Positions 50,514 through 60,456 of a stretch of DNA of 64,000 nucleotides are shown here, one piece after another. Numbering within the stretch: the stretch's first letter is position 1; the number at the start of each line of letters is the position of its first letter. The notes under the pieces are model-generated. The model was not told the DNA's origin and did no database searches. It worked only from the letters and a program-made list of their open reading frames with translations. The stretch comes from Opitutales bacterium. Its GTDB lineage: Bacteria > Verrucomicrobiota > Verrucomicrobiia > Opitutales > UBA2987. Made by a program: the position numbers and the translations under genes. The stretch covers positions 800,001-864,000 of the forward strand of contig CBDDEL010000017.1 in assembly GCA_965226885.1 (NCBI GenBank), in the 5' to 3' direction.

Positions 50514-53500
50514 ATTATTATATTTAAGAAAACCACTCTCTTTCATTTATTCGTATTCCTCTACTTTGCCGCAGGAACCCAAATTCTGCTGCACGGGCAA
50601 GATGCAGACCTTGTGCCCGGCGCTTCCGATGGAAGTTATCACTTTGTTATATTGCCTGACACACAATATTACTACGGCGATCAGGGCCCCGGAAATTTTG
50701 GCAAATGGCTCGCGCAGATGAATTGGATCCGTGATCACGCCGAGTCGCATAACCTAAAATATGTCTTGCACCTCGGTGATATCACCGATCAAGCCGATCA
50801 TTCATCAACGCATTTGACGCAATGGGGAAGGGCCACTAGCGCTGCCAACGGAATCATGGACAAAGTACCGATGTCTCTTGTCACGGGAAACCACGACGGC
50901 CTAGATAACAGCCGGACATCGCTCTTTTCGAATCCCGAGTATTTTGGCACAGGCAGCGTCTATGCAAATCAGCCGACATTGATCGAAACAATGGAGCCCG
51001 ACAAGTGGGAAAACAGTGTCCATCGTATAGAAATCGAAGGGCGATTCTGGCTCATCATTTGCTTCGAATGGGGTCCCCGGGATGAGGTGATTGCCTGGGC
51101 AGACGATGTATTGAACCGGTTTCCCGATGATTACGCCATTTTGACCACGCATGCTTATTTATTTCGAGATAGCAGCCGATTTGACTGGGATTTACTGGGC
51201 TCTCATGATAGGGAAGACAGGCAAAGGGGTAACCCGATCGGTTACGAAGCGCTGAATGGAGACCCGGATGGCGCTAACGATGGGCAGTTGATATGGAACA
51301 AACTGATTCGAGATCATAGCAACGTAAAACTGGTGCTCAATGGACACGTCAGCCGCAGTGGGCACGGCAGGCGGGTATCGATCAATGATGACCGGCATTT
51401 TGTGCAACAACATCTGGTCAATTTTCAGCACTGGAGTGGTGATGGAAATGGCAGGATGCGCCTGATGGAGTTCAATCCGGCCAGCGATATGGTTCAGGTA
51501 AAAAGTTTTTCACCGTTTTCCGGTGAAATTCTCAAAGGGCCGGATCTGGAATTTGCCTTTATCTTTTCTCTATCCACCCGGCCGCTCAAGACCCACTACC
51601 GCGAGGCTTTGCAGGAACTCAATCCGGTGGCCGCATTCAGACTACTGGGAGAGGATGCGCGCCGACCTTTGATCAGCCAATTCCCAACATGGGAATTGGC
51701 ACAGACAGAGGGCTTCGCCGCCGATGATGCCTCCCACTTTCAATCTGACAGTCGCATCCATTATCAAAGCAGTCAAACAACCACAGATGCCTGGACTGCG
51801 CTCTTTTGGTTTCGTTCAGATAGTGCGGAAGAAATGATTCCGCTTCTGCGCATTGGCGGGGAATCCGGGGAGACCTTGTCAGTTCTGGCCGACACCAGCC
51901 CGTTCATGCTTATCCCTTTGGATACCAGCTATTCGCAGTCAGAATTCGAGGAAAGCTCTAATCGATTGACGGTGAAGATGGAGCCTTCTCAGTGGCATCA
52001 CCTCGCCCTCAAATATGAAGAAGGACAATTGATGCCAATCCTCGACGGTGAAGTCCTGTCCACCATCGATTTTCCAGTTGCCGAAGTCAGTAGTTTTACT
52101 CTTGGAGATTTCGCTGATGACTCGGTTGAAACGGATGCCGAGTGGAATATGGTGGATTTCTCCTACCATGCACGGGCACTTTCGACCTCGGATATCGAAT
52201 GGCTATGGCGTAGCGCTTTCTGCCAGACGATTTCCGGTGAAGTAATCCTTAATGAAGGGTTGAACCCTGTGCCTTTGATAGAGGTTCAACAGGATGGCTA
52301 TCCTGGTTTTGCATTGCGCTCGGAAACTGGTGGCGAAATCTTATTTGGCACCGCGGAAACGAGCATTTATCGAATACAGGACGAACCAGGCGCATCGCGC
52401 GATCCCCATAGTCGCTATTTGCGTATGCCGCGAACTCTGGAATACAGTGAGGGCATTTTGCTGACCACGCCTCAGGTCTCCGATTCCTCCAATCCTGGCG
52501 TAGCGCCTCCCCCGGTACAATTGAAAACAAGCAACCGAATCGAGGGAAAGTATTTCGGAAGCAGTTATGCGACGACGCAAATGAGCGTCCTGAACGTTCC
52601 CTTACCTTTTCCAAATAATGGGTCGTTCGTGAAGCTGAATTCAACGTTCTTCCCTTTTGCCAGTGATCGGAAAGGCGGTTACATCAACGAGTCAGCTCAA
52701 TATCTCTATGGACAGGAAGATGTGATCGAAGAAGTCGCAGTAAGCAGGCTTGGAGGGGGAAGATATCGTCTCACTCCGCCGGAAGCCTGGAACCCCTTGA
52801 CGCTGCTCGGCCAGTCCTCCGAGCAAAATACCCGGATGACTGTTCAACCTGTCGAAAGCGGATGGGAAGTGACCATCCACGAGACAGACCAGCAACCGTC
52901 TTCCGGCAGAGTGCCTTTTGCCTTTGTCTTCCTTCCTAAAGATGTCCCAGGAGTTCGATCCGGTTGGTTTGACCCCGCCGATTCCGCCGGCCAAGGCTCC
53001 CCTTGGGAAAAGACGGGTACCGGATCCTATCGGTTCACGGTGCCATTGGAAAACGGGCCGCGCGGTGTGCTCCAGATTACTCCTGGCGCTACCGCTGGAG
53101 GCGAGGCGCCCCTTTTTAAATTATATTCATCGGATGAAGGGGTTTGGGAATTAACATTCGAGATAAATGGCGAGACGATTGACGTTCCATTTGCCTGGGC
53201 TTGGATTTCATTGGAGGCGGGCTATCCAGTCAAGGCAGCGCCTGCGGACGCCCGCGTTTTGGAAGCCCTCGAAGACGCCGCGTATGGGGATTTGGGATGG
53301 TATTTTAGTGAACGTTTATCCTGGATATTCGTAGATTCAGATTTCTGGCCCTGGGTATGGAGCCCTGGTTCCGGCTGGCTCTTTCTTTTTTTGGAAACGG
53401 CCCCTGCGGATGACTTCTGGTTCTTCGAGTGGGCAAGTGGCGCATTTCTCTATGTCGACCGAGCAGTTCCCTCCTGGGCCTGGTCAACGAAGGATGGTTG

Positions 53501-53531
53501 GATTCCCTGGCCCCTGGAATCCTTAAACTAA
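50514..53531 (+). CDS. Exported calcineurin-like metallophosphoesterase + LamG-like domain + Trp-rich C-terminus
   Basis: PDTQ, HLGDI, GNHD, TTH, NGH motifs, WHHLAL LamG motif. An in-frame signal-peptide-like stretch lies upstream of the GTG at 50613, so the start is uncertain. Confidence 0.8.
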   Translation: MIIFKKTTLFHLFVFLYFAAGTQILLHGQDADLVPGASDGSYHFVILPDTQYYYGDQGPGNFGKWLAQMNWIRDHAESHNLKYVLHLGDITDQADHSSTHLTQWGRATSAANGIMDKVPMSLVTGNHDGLDNSRTSLFSNPEYFGTGSVYANQPTLIETMEPDKWENSVHRIEIEGRFWLIICFEWGPRDEVIAWADDVLNRFPDDYAILTTHAYLFRDSSRFDWDLLGSHDREDRQRGNPIGYEALNGDPDGANDGQLIWNKLIRDHSNVKLVLNGHVSRSGHGRRVSINDDRHFVQQHLVNFQHWSGDGNGRMRLMEFNPASDMVQVKSFSPFSGEILKGPDLEFAFIFSLSTRPLKTHYREALQELNPVAAFRLLGEDARRPLISQFPTWELAQTEGFAADDASHFQSDSRIHYQSSQTTTDAWTALFWFRSDSAEEMIPLLRIGGESGETLSVLADTSPFMLIPLDTSYSQSEFEESSNRLTVKMEPSQWHHLALKYEEGQLMPILDGEVLSTIDFPVAEVSSFTLGDFADDSVETDAEWNMVDFSYHARALSTSDIEWLWRSAFCQTISGEVILNEGLNPVPLIEVQQDGYPGFALRSETGGEILFGTAETSIYRIQDEPGASRDPHSRYLRMPRTLEYSEGILLTTPQVSDSSNPGVAPPPVQLKTSNRIEGKYFGSSYATTQMSVLNVPLPFPNNGSFVKLNSTFFPFASDRKGGYINESAQYLYGQEDVIEEVAVSRLGGGRYRLTPPEAWNPLTLLGQSSEQNTRMTVQPVESGWEVTIHETDQQPSSGRVPFAFVFLPKDVPGVRSGWFDPADSAGQGSPWEKTGTGSYRFTVPLENGPRGVLQITPGATAGGEAPLFKLYSSDEGVWELTFEINGETIDVPFAWAWISLEAGYPVKAAPADARVLEALEDAAYGDLGWYFSERLSWIFVDSDFWPWVWSPGSGWLFLFLETAPADDFWFFEWASGAFLYVDRAVPSWAWSTKDGWIPWPLESLN

Positions 53532-53559
53532 TTATATGAAGCATAGTTATATTTAAATT

Positions 53560-54900
53560 ATGAACGCACATTTCATTGGGAGGACCACGCTCCTTATCCT
53601 GTGGTATATTTTCCCGATGCTCGTGATCGGAGCGGGGAGGGAAATCTCTTCCGATCCTCAACCGCAGTGGTGGAAGGGTAATCTTCACACCCACACTTTC
53701 TGGTCCGACGGTAATGATTTTCCTGAAATGGTGGCTGAGTGGTATCTTGACCATGGATATAATTTTCTGGCCTTATCCGATCACAATATACTCAGCCAGG
53801 GACAGAAGTGGGTTTCTCTGGAAAAGGCGGATCAAAGTTCAAACGGAGACGCCTATCCAAAGTATCTGAAACGCTTTGGTCATCATTGGGTGGAAACCCG
53901 CGGTTCGAGGGAAGAAGGCAATCTTGAAATTCGACTGAAGCCGTTAAGTGAATACCGGGCTCTGGTCGAGCAGCGTAACCGTTTTATCATGATTCAGGGC
54001 GAGGAGATCACGGATGGAGCCGATAATGGAATGTCGATTCATATGAACGCAACCCATCTCAGTGAGCTGATCCCTCCGCCCGGCGGCAAAACGGTCAAAG
54101 AAGTCATCGCAAACAGTTTGCGTCTGGTTCGGGAACAGAGTCATCGCCTTGGCCGGCCCATACTTATCCATGTCAATCACCTGAACTACAAATGGGGCGT
54201 CACGGCCGAGGACTTGGCCGGCATTATCGACAACCGTTTTTTCGAAGTCTGGAACGGAGTGGATGGTGATCATGATCCGGGCGATGACGAACATCCCTCA
54301 TCCGAAGAAATCTGGGATATCGCCAATACCTTGCGCATGGTAACATTCAGTGCGCCACCCCTTTATGGGCTGGCCACGGATGATTCACATGATTATCACG
54401 GACACAAGGAGCGAGCGAAATCCGGCCGCGGCTGGGTCATGGTGCGCGCCCGCCACCTCACGCCGGAATCCCTCATCAAGGCTTTTCATCGCGGTGATTT
54501 TTACTCCTCCACGGGTGTAGTGCTGAAAAACATCGATTTCGATGGGGAGCGGCTGGCAATCGAAATTGAATCGGTCGAGGGCGAGACGTATACAACTCGT
54601 TTTGTCGGGTCTCGCCGGGGCGTTAATGTGGAGGGTGTTTCCAGGAGAGATGACGAGGGAAACATTATACTCACAACCCTTGATTACACCAGCAGCGAAG
54701 GGACGCAGATAGGAGAGGTATTCTCCGAGGTGACTGGAAATCTGGCGACCTATCGCATGGAAGGGGACGAGCTCTATGTGCGCGCAATCATTACTTCAGA
54801 TGCTGAACCCGCTGTCCCAAGCAAGGAATTTCCGTATAAACGCGCGTGGACCCAGCCCGTCGGTCGGACGCGTTGGATCGAATCTGATTCGGGAAACTAA
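53560..54900 (+). CDS. PHP-domain (CehA/McbA-like) metallohydrolase
   Basis: KGNLHTHTFWSDG, LSDHN, GEEIT, VNH, ATDDSH, GDFYSSTG. Confidence 0.85.
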   Translation: MNAHFIGRTTLLILWYIFPMLVIGAGREISSDPQPQWWKGNLHTHTFWSDGNDFPEMVAEWYLDHGYNFLALSDHNILSQGQKWVSLEKADQSSNGDAYPKYLKRFGHHWVETRGSREEGNLEIRLKPLSEYRALVEQRNRFIMIQGEEITDGADNGMSIHMNATHLSELIPPPGGKTVKEVIANSLRLVREQSHRLGRPILIHVNHLNYKWGVTAEDLAGIIDNRFFEVWNGVDGDHDPGDDEHPSSEEIWDIANTLRMVTFSAPPLYGLATDDSHDYHGHKERAKSGRGWVMVRARHLTPESLIKAFHRGDFYSSTGVVLKNIDFDGERLAIEIESVEGETYTTRFVGSRRGVNVEGVSRRDDEGNIILTTLDYTSSEGTQIGEVFSEVTGNLATYRMEGDELYVRAIITSDAEPAVPSKEFPYKRAWTQPVGRTRWIESDSGN

Positions 54901-54954
54901 ATGGAGGCAAACCGTCCGCCGAGAAAGAAATTCAATTATTATGGAGCTTACGTG

Positions 54955-55947
54955 ATGAAGTTATTTTTAATAAGTTTGGTGCTCAGTCTGAGCCTTACGG
55001 CCATGGCTGTTGTTGATGCTGCTAATAATAAAAAAGTAAAAAGCGTGGAATTGCCAGATATGAAACCGGTGAAGCTTAAGGCCTACGGGCAATTGGAAGA
55101 GAATGCGCATCTCGAGCCTTCGGGCATGGTCAAGAGCCGGACGCATCCCAATCTCTATTGGACACTGAACGATTCGGGCGACGGAGCCCGCATTTTTCCG
55201 CATGACCGTAATGGAAAGCTCTATAATGAGAGAACCGAAGGGGTGCCTATATATGGCGCCTACAATGTCGATTGGGAAGATATGACGATTGATAATTACG
55301 GGCACATCATCGTCGGCGATATTGGTAACAATTCACAGGCCCGCCGCGATTTTACGCTTTATTGGGTGCTGGAGCCGAATCCGGTAACTACGCGGATCAA
55401 CTTTTTGAAGAAGGTTTTCTTCACCTATCCGGATTATCCCGTCCCTTCAGAACTCCCGGCGAAAATGAGGAATTACGACAGTGAGGGAATCTGGTGGGCG
55501 AATGGAAAAGTCTATGTCGTAACAAAGAATCGGAGCGACTCATTGACGAGCCTGTATCGCCTGGACTCGGAAAAGCCTTTTGAGGTGAACACGCTGACTT
55601 ATCTGGACTCGTTTGATGTCGGTGGAAGAACCACCGCGGCCGATACCACGCCGGATGGAACAAAGGTGGTGATTACCACGTACACGGCAATTTGGCTGTT
55701 CGAGGTCGAGCCGGGCAAGGACAACTACTTCGAGGGAAAGATTTCATGGCTTCCTATCGATACTTGGGTTCCGGGAGAAAGAATGCCATACGGTCAGAAT
55801 GAGACCGTATGCTTTGATGGCGACAAGCTCATAATATCTTCCGGAGAAGGTGCGGAGGTGCCCATTGGAGGGACTTTGTATGAAGTGCCGTTGAGCGATC
55901 TCATCGTCGTGCAGGAATGGTCGTCCATTGGTGTCCTAGATAACTGA
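54955..55947 (+). CDS. Exported beta-propeller-like hypothetical protein
   Basis: Signal peptide, EPSG, WTLNDSG, DWED, GDIGNN, YDSE. Confidence 0.75.
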   Translation: MKLFLISLVLSLSLTAMAVVDAANNKKVKSVELPDMKPVKLKAYGQLEENAHLEPSGMVKSRTHPNLYWTLNDSGDGARIFPHDRNGKLYNERTEGVPIYGAYNVDWEDMTIDNYGHIIVGDIGNNSQARRDFTLYWVLEPNPVTTRINFLKKVFFTYPDYPVPSELPAKMRNYDSEGIWWANGKVYVVTKNRSDSLTSLYRLDSEKPFEVNTLTYLDSFDVGGRTTAADTTPDGTKVVITTYTAIWLFEVEPGKDNYFEGKISWLPIDTWVPGERMPYGQNETVCFDGDKLIISSGEGAEVPIGGTLYEVPLSDLIVVQEWSSIGVLDN

Positions 55948-56011
55948 AATGCGGTATGATTTCGAATTTCGCATATTTAAATTAATTAAAAATTTGGTAT
56001 CAATAAACGCC

Positions 56012-56509
56012 ATGAGTCATTTAGCGGCAACAAGCATGGAACGGGAAACTCTCGAAATGACGGGTAGTTTGCAAGCGTTCATTGGAACGGACGAGGGAAG
56101 CATTCAAGCAATCGAAAATGATGCAAGATACCTTGACCATGTGTTGAACCTGACACTAAAAATCGATTCCTGCCGAAAGCTGCGCGATCACTCAAATTAT
56201 CTTGGAGGGAGGGATCGGTTTAAGGATGTTATTGACACCTTTCTAGTACCAAAGGGGGAAACTCCCGCTGGTTTCCGCTTGAATTACGTTCTTGATAAAG
56301 ACCGCGTTGTCCGCGTCGATCTGATCCGGGATATTTCCTACAATAAGAATGGCGAGAAGAGGCCAAGCAAGACCCTCTTCTCGGCGGATAGCGCGAATCC
56401 CTGCGAAGTAGCCACTGATTCCCTTTTCGCCATTTCCTCTATTACGCGGAGTCGGTTATTTCGCAAGTTGAAAACCATTCCGCAAAATAGGGTCAATTGT
56501 TTATATTGA
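56012..56509 (+). pseudogene. Transaldolase-family protein, N-terminal fragment
   Basis: VRVDLIRDISYNKNGEKRP..LFSADSANP, after which the resemblance ends. Confidence 0.55.
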
Positions 56510-56635
56510 AAGCGCTCTTTACGAAGATCCGATTCCGTATTATTTTATAGCTACCCAAATAGTAATTCGTAAACAATTGTTTTACATAAAATCTCGCCTT
56601 TTAAAAATAATTCAACCCAACTGGAGATTAAAGAA

Positions 56636-57514
56636 ATGCCACTTTTAAGTTTAACACCCATGCTGTTGGAAGCGAGGCGCGGCGGTTACGCTGTGGGTGC
56701 CTTCAACCCCGTCGATTATGCCTCCATGAAGGCAATGGTGGAGGCCGCTGAAGAACTCGACGCCCCCGTCATCGTCCAGACATCCGCCAAAACGATCGTT
56801 TATTACAGCCACGAAACGCTGGTCGGATGGATGCGTGAACTGGCAGAAAGTTCACCTGTCCCCGTCGCCCTGCATCTGGATCATGGCAAGGACCTTGAAA
56901 TGATCAAAAAATGCATCAAAACCGGATGGACCTCGGTCATGATCGACGCCTCCAATCTTCCTTTTGAGGAAAACCTGGCCCGTTCCCGGCAGGTGATTGA
57001 ATGGGCGGCGGCCGTCGGTGTCGGGGTGGAGGCCGAACTGGGGGAGATCGTCGGAGTGGAGGAGGATATAGTCGTGGCCGAGGAGGACTCCCATCTGGCC
57101 GACCCGGATAAAGCGGAACGGTTCTGCCGGGAACTCGACCTGGGTGTTTTTGCCCCTGCCATCGGGACCGCTCACGGCTATTACAAGGGCGAACCCGATG
57201 TAAGGTTCGACCTCATCGAAGAAATATTCCGGCGTACGCAGACTCCGCTGGCCCTCCATGGCGGCACTGGCCTGCCGGATGAAACCATTCAGCGTTGCAT
57301 AAAGCTTGGATGCGCAAAGGTAAACATATCGACCAACCTGAAGCACGCATTCATCGACGGATTCTGCGATTATCACCGGGACAATCCCAACGATTATGAG
57401 CCGCTGCGCGTCCTCAAGGGCCAATACGATGCCATGAAAGATCTGTTGAAAGCAAAAATTAAACAATTCGGCGGTGTCGGCAAGGCTGCGGATGTCAAAA
57501 TCTCCGCCCAATGA
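56636..57514 (+). CDS. fba: Class II fructose/tagatose-bisphosphate aldolase
   Basis: ALHLDHG, SVMIDAS, EAELG, IGTAHG, LHGGTG, KVNIST. Confidence 0.88.
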   Translation: MPLLSLTPMLLEARRGGYAVGAFNPVDYASMKAMVEAAEELDAPVIVQTSAKTIVYYSHETLVGWMRELAESSPVPVALHLDHGKDLEMIKKCIKTGWTSVMIDASNLPFEENLARSRQVIEWAAAVGVGVEAELGEIVGVEEDIVVAEEDSHLADPDKAERFCRELDLGVFAPAIGTAHGYYKGEPDVRFDLIEEIFRRTQTPLALHGGTGLPDETIQRCIKLGCAKVNISTNLKHAFIDGFCDYHRDNPNDYEPLRVLKGQYDAMKDLLKAKIKQFGGVGKAADVKISAQ

Positions 57515-58236
57515 AAGCGCTCATTTTCGATTGTGATGGTGTATTGGTCGATACCGAGCGCGATGGCCATCGCATCGCTTTCAACCGTGCCTTTTTTCAT
57601 TTCGGCCTCAATATTGAATGGAGCGTCGATCTATATGGCGAACTCTTGAAAATATCCGGTGGAAAGGAGCGCATGCGCTATTTTTTCCAGGAAAATGGCT
57701 GGCCGGAAAATGCGACCGACCATGATCCTTACGTCAAAGATCTCCATAATGTGAAAACGGATCTTTTTATGCAAATCATAGAATCGGGGGAACTTCCCTT
57801 GCGGAGCGGTATTGCCCGATTGATCGACGAAGCGATTGAGGCAGGTCTCAAGCTGGCCATCTGTTCAACCTCGAATGAGCGTTCTGTTAATTTAATTGCC
57901 CAAAAGATGCTGGGCCGCGCCCGTTATGAAAGATTTGACCATATTCTGGCCGGGGACGTTGTCTCCCGAAAAAAACCCGATCCTGAAATTTACAATCTGG
58001 CCAAAGAGCGCCTGGGATTGCGCGGAGAGGAATGCCTGGTTGTGGAGGACAGTCGCAATGGCCTCCTCGCGGTCAAAGGCGCCGGCTTACGTTGCCTCAT
58101 AACCACCAGCGCCTACACCGCCAAGGAAGATTTTTCCGAAGCCGATCTAGTCGTCGAGGAATTAGGCGATCCGCCAGAAAGAACGCTTTCCCTGAGTGAG
58201 ATCAAAGAGAAATTATTCGGCCGATATAAGGCTTAA
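57511..58236 (+). CDS. HAD-IA hydrolase (CbbY-like sugar phosphatase)
   Basis: FDCDGVLVDTERDGHR, KKPDP, VEDS.NG. ATGA overlap with fba. Confidence 0.88.
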   Translation: MKALIFDCDGVLVDTERDGHRIAFNRAFFHFGLNIEWSVDLYGELLKISGGKERMRYFFQENGWPENATDHDPYVKDLHNVKTDLFMQIIESGELPLRSGIARLIDEAIEAGLKLAICSTSNERSVNLIAQKMLGRARYERFDHILAGDVVSRKKPDPEIYNLAKERLGLRGEECLVVEDSRNGLLAVKGAGLRCLITTSAYTAKEDFSEADLVVEELGDPPERTLSLSEIKEKLFGRYKA

Positions 58237-58484
58237 AAGTCCCCACATATGGCGTATGATCAATAGAGTGCAATTACTGGTTTTAATCCCATATTCGGTT
58301 ATTGAATCAGTATCTGAAAATTTCACATAATATCCGGATTTAGACAACAGTTTGACTGCGAAAGGAATTTAAGTAAGTAAATGATTTTTATGGGAATTAG
58401 AGCAGTTTCTACGTGAACACCGGGGGAGAAATAAGAAGCGTGAATGAGTTAAAGTTAGCCGACGTAAAACTCGCATCTAAACTA

Positions 58485-60308
58485 GAGGCTGTCCCAAAAA
58501 TATAAAGATTTTGTAGTCAACTGGATGACGTTTATAAAAATAGCCGGAAAGAGCATTTTTTTGCTCGCTCCGGCTAAAAAAGGGTTCTATAATTGCGTTA
58601 GCGAAAATCAATATAGCCCTTTCTATGAAAAATATAGCCATCCAATGCCTCCTGCGTCCAGCTTTAACTGTGGTCGACCGTTGCCTCGATTACGATAACT
58701 TTCGCGCCACCATCGAGCGTATCGACCGGCTGCTGATCGATTCGGAGGTGGAATCGCAGGGCGTTGATCTGGCCTTGGAAAGAGGCCAGCCAATGAGTGT
58801 AAAGGCCCGGCAAAAGCGGGCTAATTTTGCCCTCAAGGCGTTGCGTATGGAAACGCTGCGTTATCTGCTCGGTGGGATTTCGTTTCGGCATTTGTCGAGG
58901 GCTCTGGGCAGCAGCGATCTGTTGGCTGACTTTTGTCGTGTCCGCCATATCGACGGCATAAGGGGCATCTCCAAGAGCACCCTGGAACGGGCCTCGAAGT
59001 TTTTCAGCGAAGAGCAGTTGAGGGCCTTGCACCGGACCTTGACTGAGGTTGTGGGCGATGCCGATCTGGCCCGGCAGGTGGTGGGATTGGACAAGCCGAT
59101 AGACACTACCATTTGCCTGCTCGACGGCACCTGTTTGGAGGTCAACATTCATTGGCCGACGGACTGGGTGCTGCTCAAGGATGTAGCGGGCACGCTGCTC
59201 AAAGCGATCCGGCTGATCCGTGAGAAGGCCGGTTTGCGCCATCGCATGCCGATCGAACCGGAGCCCTTGGCTCGGCAGATGAATCGGCTGTGCATACAGA
59301 TGACCCACAGCCGGCGGCGAAAGGACAGCGCGCGGCAACGCAAGGGTATCTTGAGGCAGATGAAAAAGCTGCTCAAACGGATCGGGGAGCATGCCCGCAG
59401 TCACCGGGAATTATTGCAAGCCTGCTGGGAGCAAAGCGATTACAGCGAAAAACAGGTCCAACAGATCCTTACCCGGATGGAGCGCATGAGCGAGCTAATC
59501 CCGGTGGTCATCAAGCAAGCGCACGAGCGAATCATTGGCGGGCGCCAGGTGAAAAACGCAGAGAAAGTTTTGAGTGTTTACGAACCCGATGCGCAGGTGA
59601 TTGTGCGAGGCAAAGCGGGCCAAGAGGTTGAGTTTGGCAACACCCTGTTTTTGGGTGAAAGCGTTGAAGGATACCTGCTGGACTGGAAACTCTACGGCAG
59701 CCGGACGCCAAGCGAAAATGAACAAATGCAAGAGAGTTTGCAAAGACAGAACCGCTTCAACCTAGCCGAACCCATAGCGGCCATGTGCGCGGACCGGGGA
59801 TTCGCCTCCCAGCGGGCCCGCCGGCAGTTAGCCCAGGAGGGCATCTACGATGCGCTCTGTCCACGCGATCCGAAGCAGTTGAAAAAACGGATGGAGGAAC
59901 CACACTTCAGGCAATTGCAAAAGCGCCGGGCCAGCACCGAAGGGCGGATCGGGGTATTGAAGAATCGCTGGCAGGCCGGGCGATTGCGCAGCAAAGGCTT
60001 TGCCAACCGCTCGATCAGCGTAGCCTGGTCGGTCCTCTCGCACAATCTATGGAAAGTGGCCAAGATGCTGGCCCAGCAAGATGAACTAAAAACCAAAGCG
60101 GCGGCCTAAATAAAGAGCGGAAAAGCAAGGACAATACTTTTTCACAGGCCTACTGTCGGCCCATACAAAGAAAACCAGGCAAACGGACCCCAAAACCAGA
60201 ATCCTAACGTCATAGGAGAGCAAAGTCACCCCCTCCCAAAAGAAAATACCACTAAAATGAACACTCTTCAAAATCCCCTCGCAAAAATCACCCTTTTGGG
60301 ACAGCCTC
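58485..60308 (+). mobile_element. IS X copy 4
   Basis: Left flank TAAACTA and right flank CAGTTA, the reciprocal of copy 2. Confidence 0.95.
58625..60109 (+). CDS. IS X transposase
   Basis: 494 aa, one I>L difference from copy 2. Confidence 0.92.
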   Translation: MKNIAIQCLLRPALTVVDRCLDYDNFRATIERIDRLLIDSEVESQGVDLALERGQPMSVKARQKRANFALKALRMETLRYLLGGISFRHLSRALGSSDLLADFCRVRHIDGIRGISKSTLERASKFFSEEQLRALHRTLTEVVGDADLARQVVGLDKPIDTTICLLDGTCLEVNIHWPTDWVLLKDVAGTLLKAIRLIREKAGLRHRMPIEPEPLARQMNRLCIQMTHSRRRKDSARQRKGILRQMKKLLKRIGEHARSHRELLQACWEQSDYSEKQVQQILTRMERMSELIPVVIKQAHERIIGGRQVKNAEKVLSVYEPDAQVIVRGKAGQEVEFGNTLFLGESVEGYLLDWKLYGSRTPSENEQMQESLQRQNRFNLAEPIAAMCADRGFASQRARRQLAQEGIYDALCPRDPKQLKKRMEEPHFRQLQKRRASTEGRIGVLKNRWQAGRLRSKGFANRSISVAWSVLSHNLWKVAKMLAQQDELKTKAAA

Positions 60309-60456
60309 CAGTTACAGAGCCACTACCTGTTCGAGGAACACTTCTGTCTGCCCGCCCGGCCCAACGAAAACGGCGTGGTCGAGGGGATCGTGCGCTATGC
60401 CCGAGCCAACTTCCTGGTACCGGTGCCGCAGGTTCGGGACCTGGAGGAACTCAACC
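60309..60456 (+). pseudogene. istA: Continuation of IS21 istA, then truncated
   Basis: QLQSHYLFEEHFCLPARPNENGVVEGIVRYARANFLVPVPQVRDLEELN continues ...DGFLQL from 5308. Confidence 0.85.

Noticed and set aside
56636..58236. Calvin-cycle (cbb) operon
   Set aside because: No RuBisCO or phosphoribulokinase in the window. fba plus a CbbY-like HAD also fits sugar catabolism.
5309..60308. Simple composite transposon insertion
   Set aside because: It explains the outer CAGTTA duplication but not the inner TAAACTA duplication or the ORF restored across the inner flanks.
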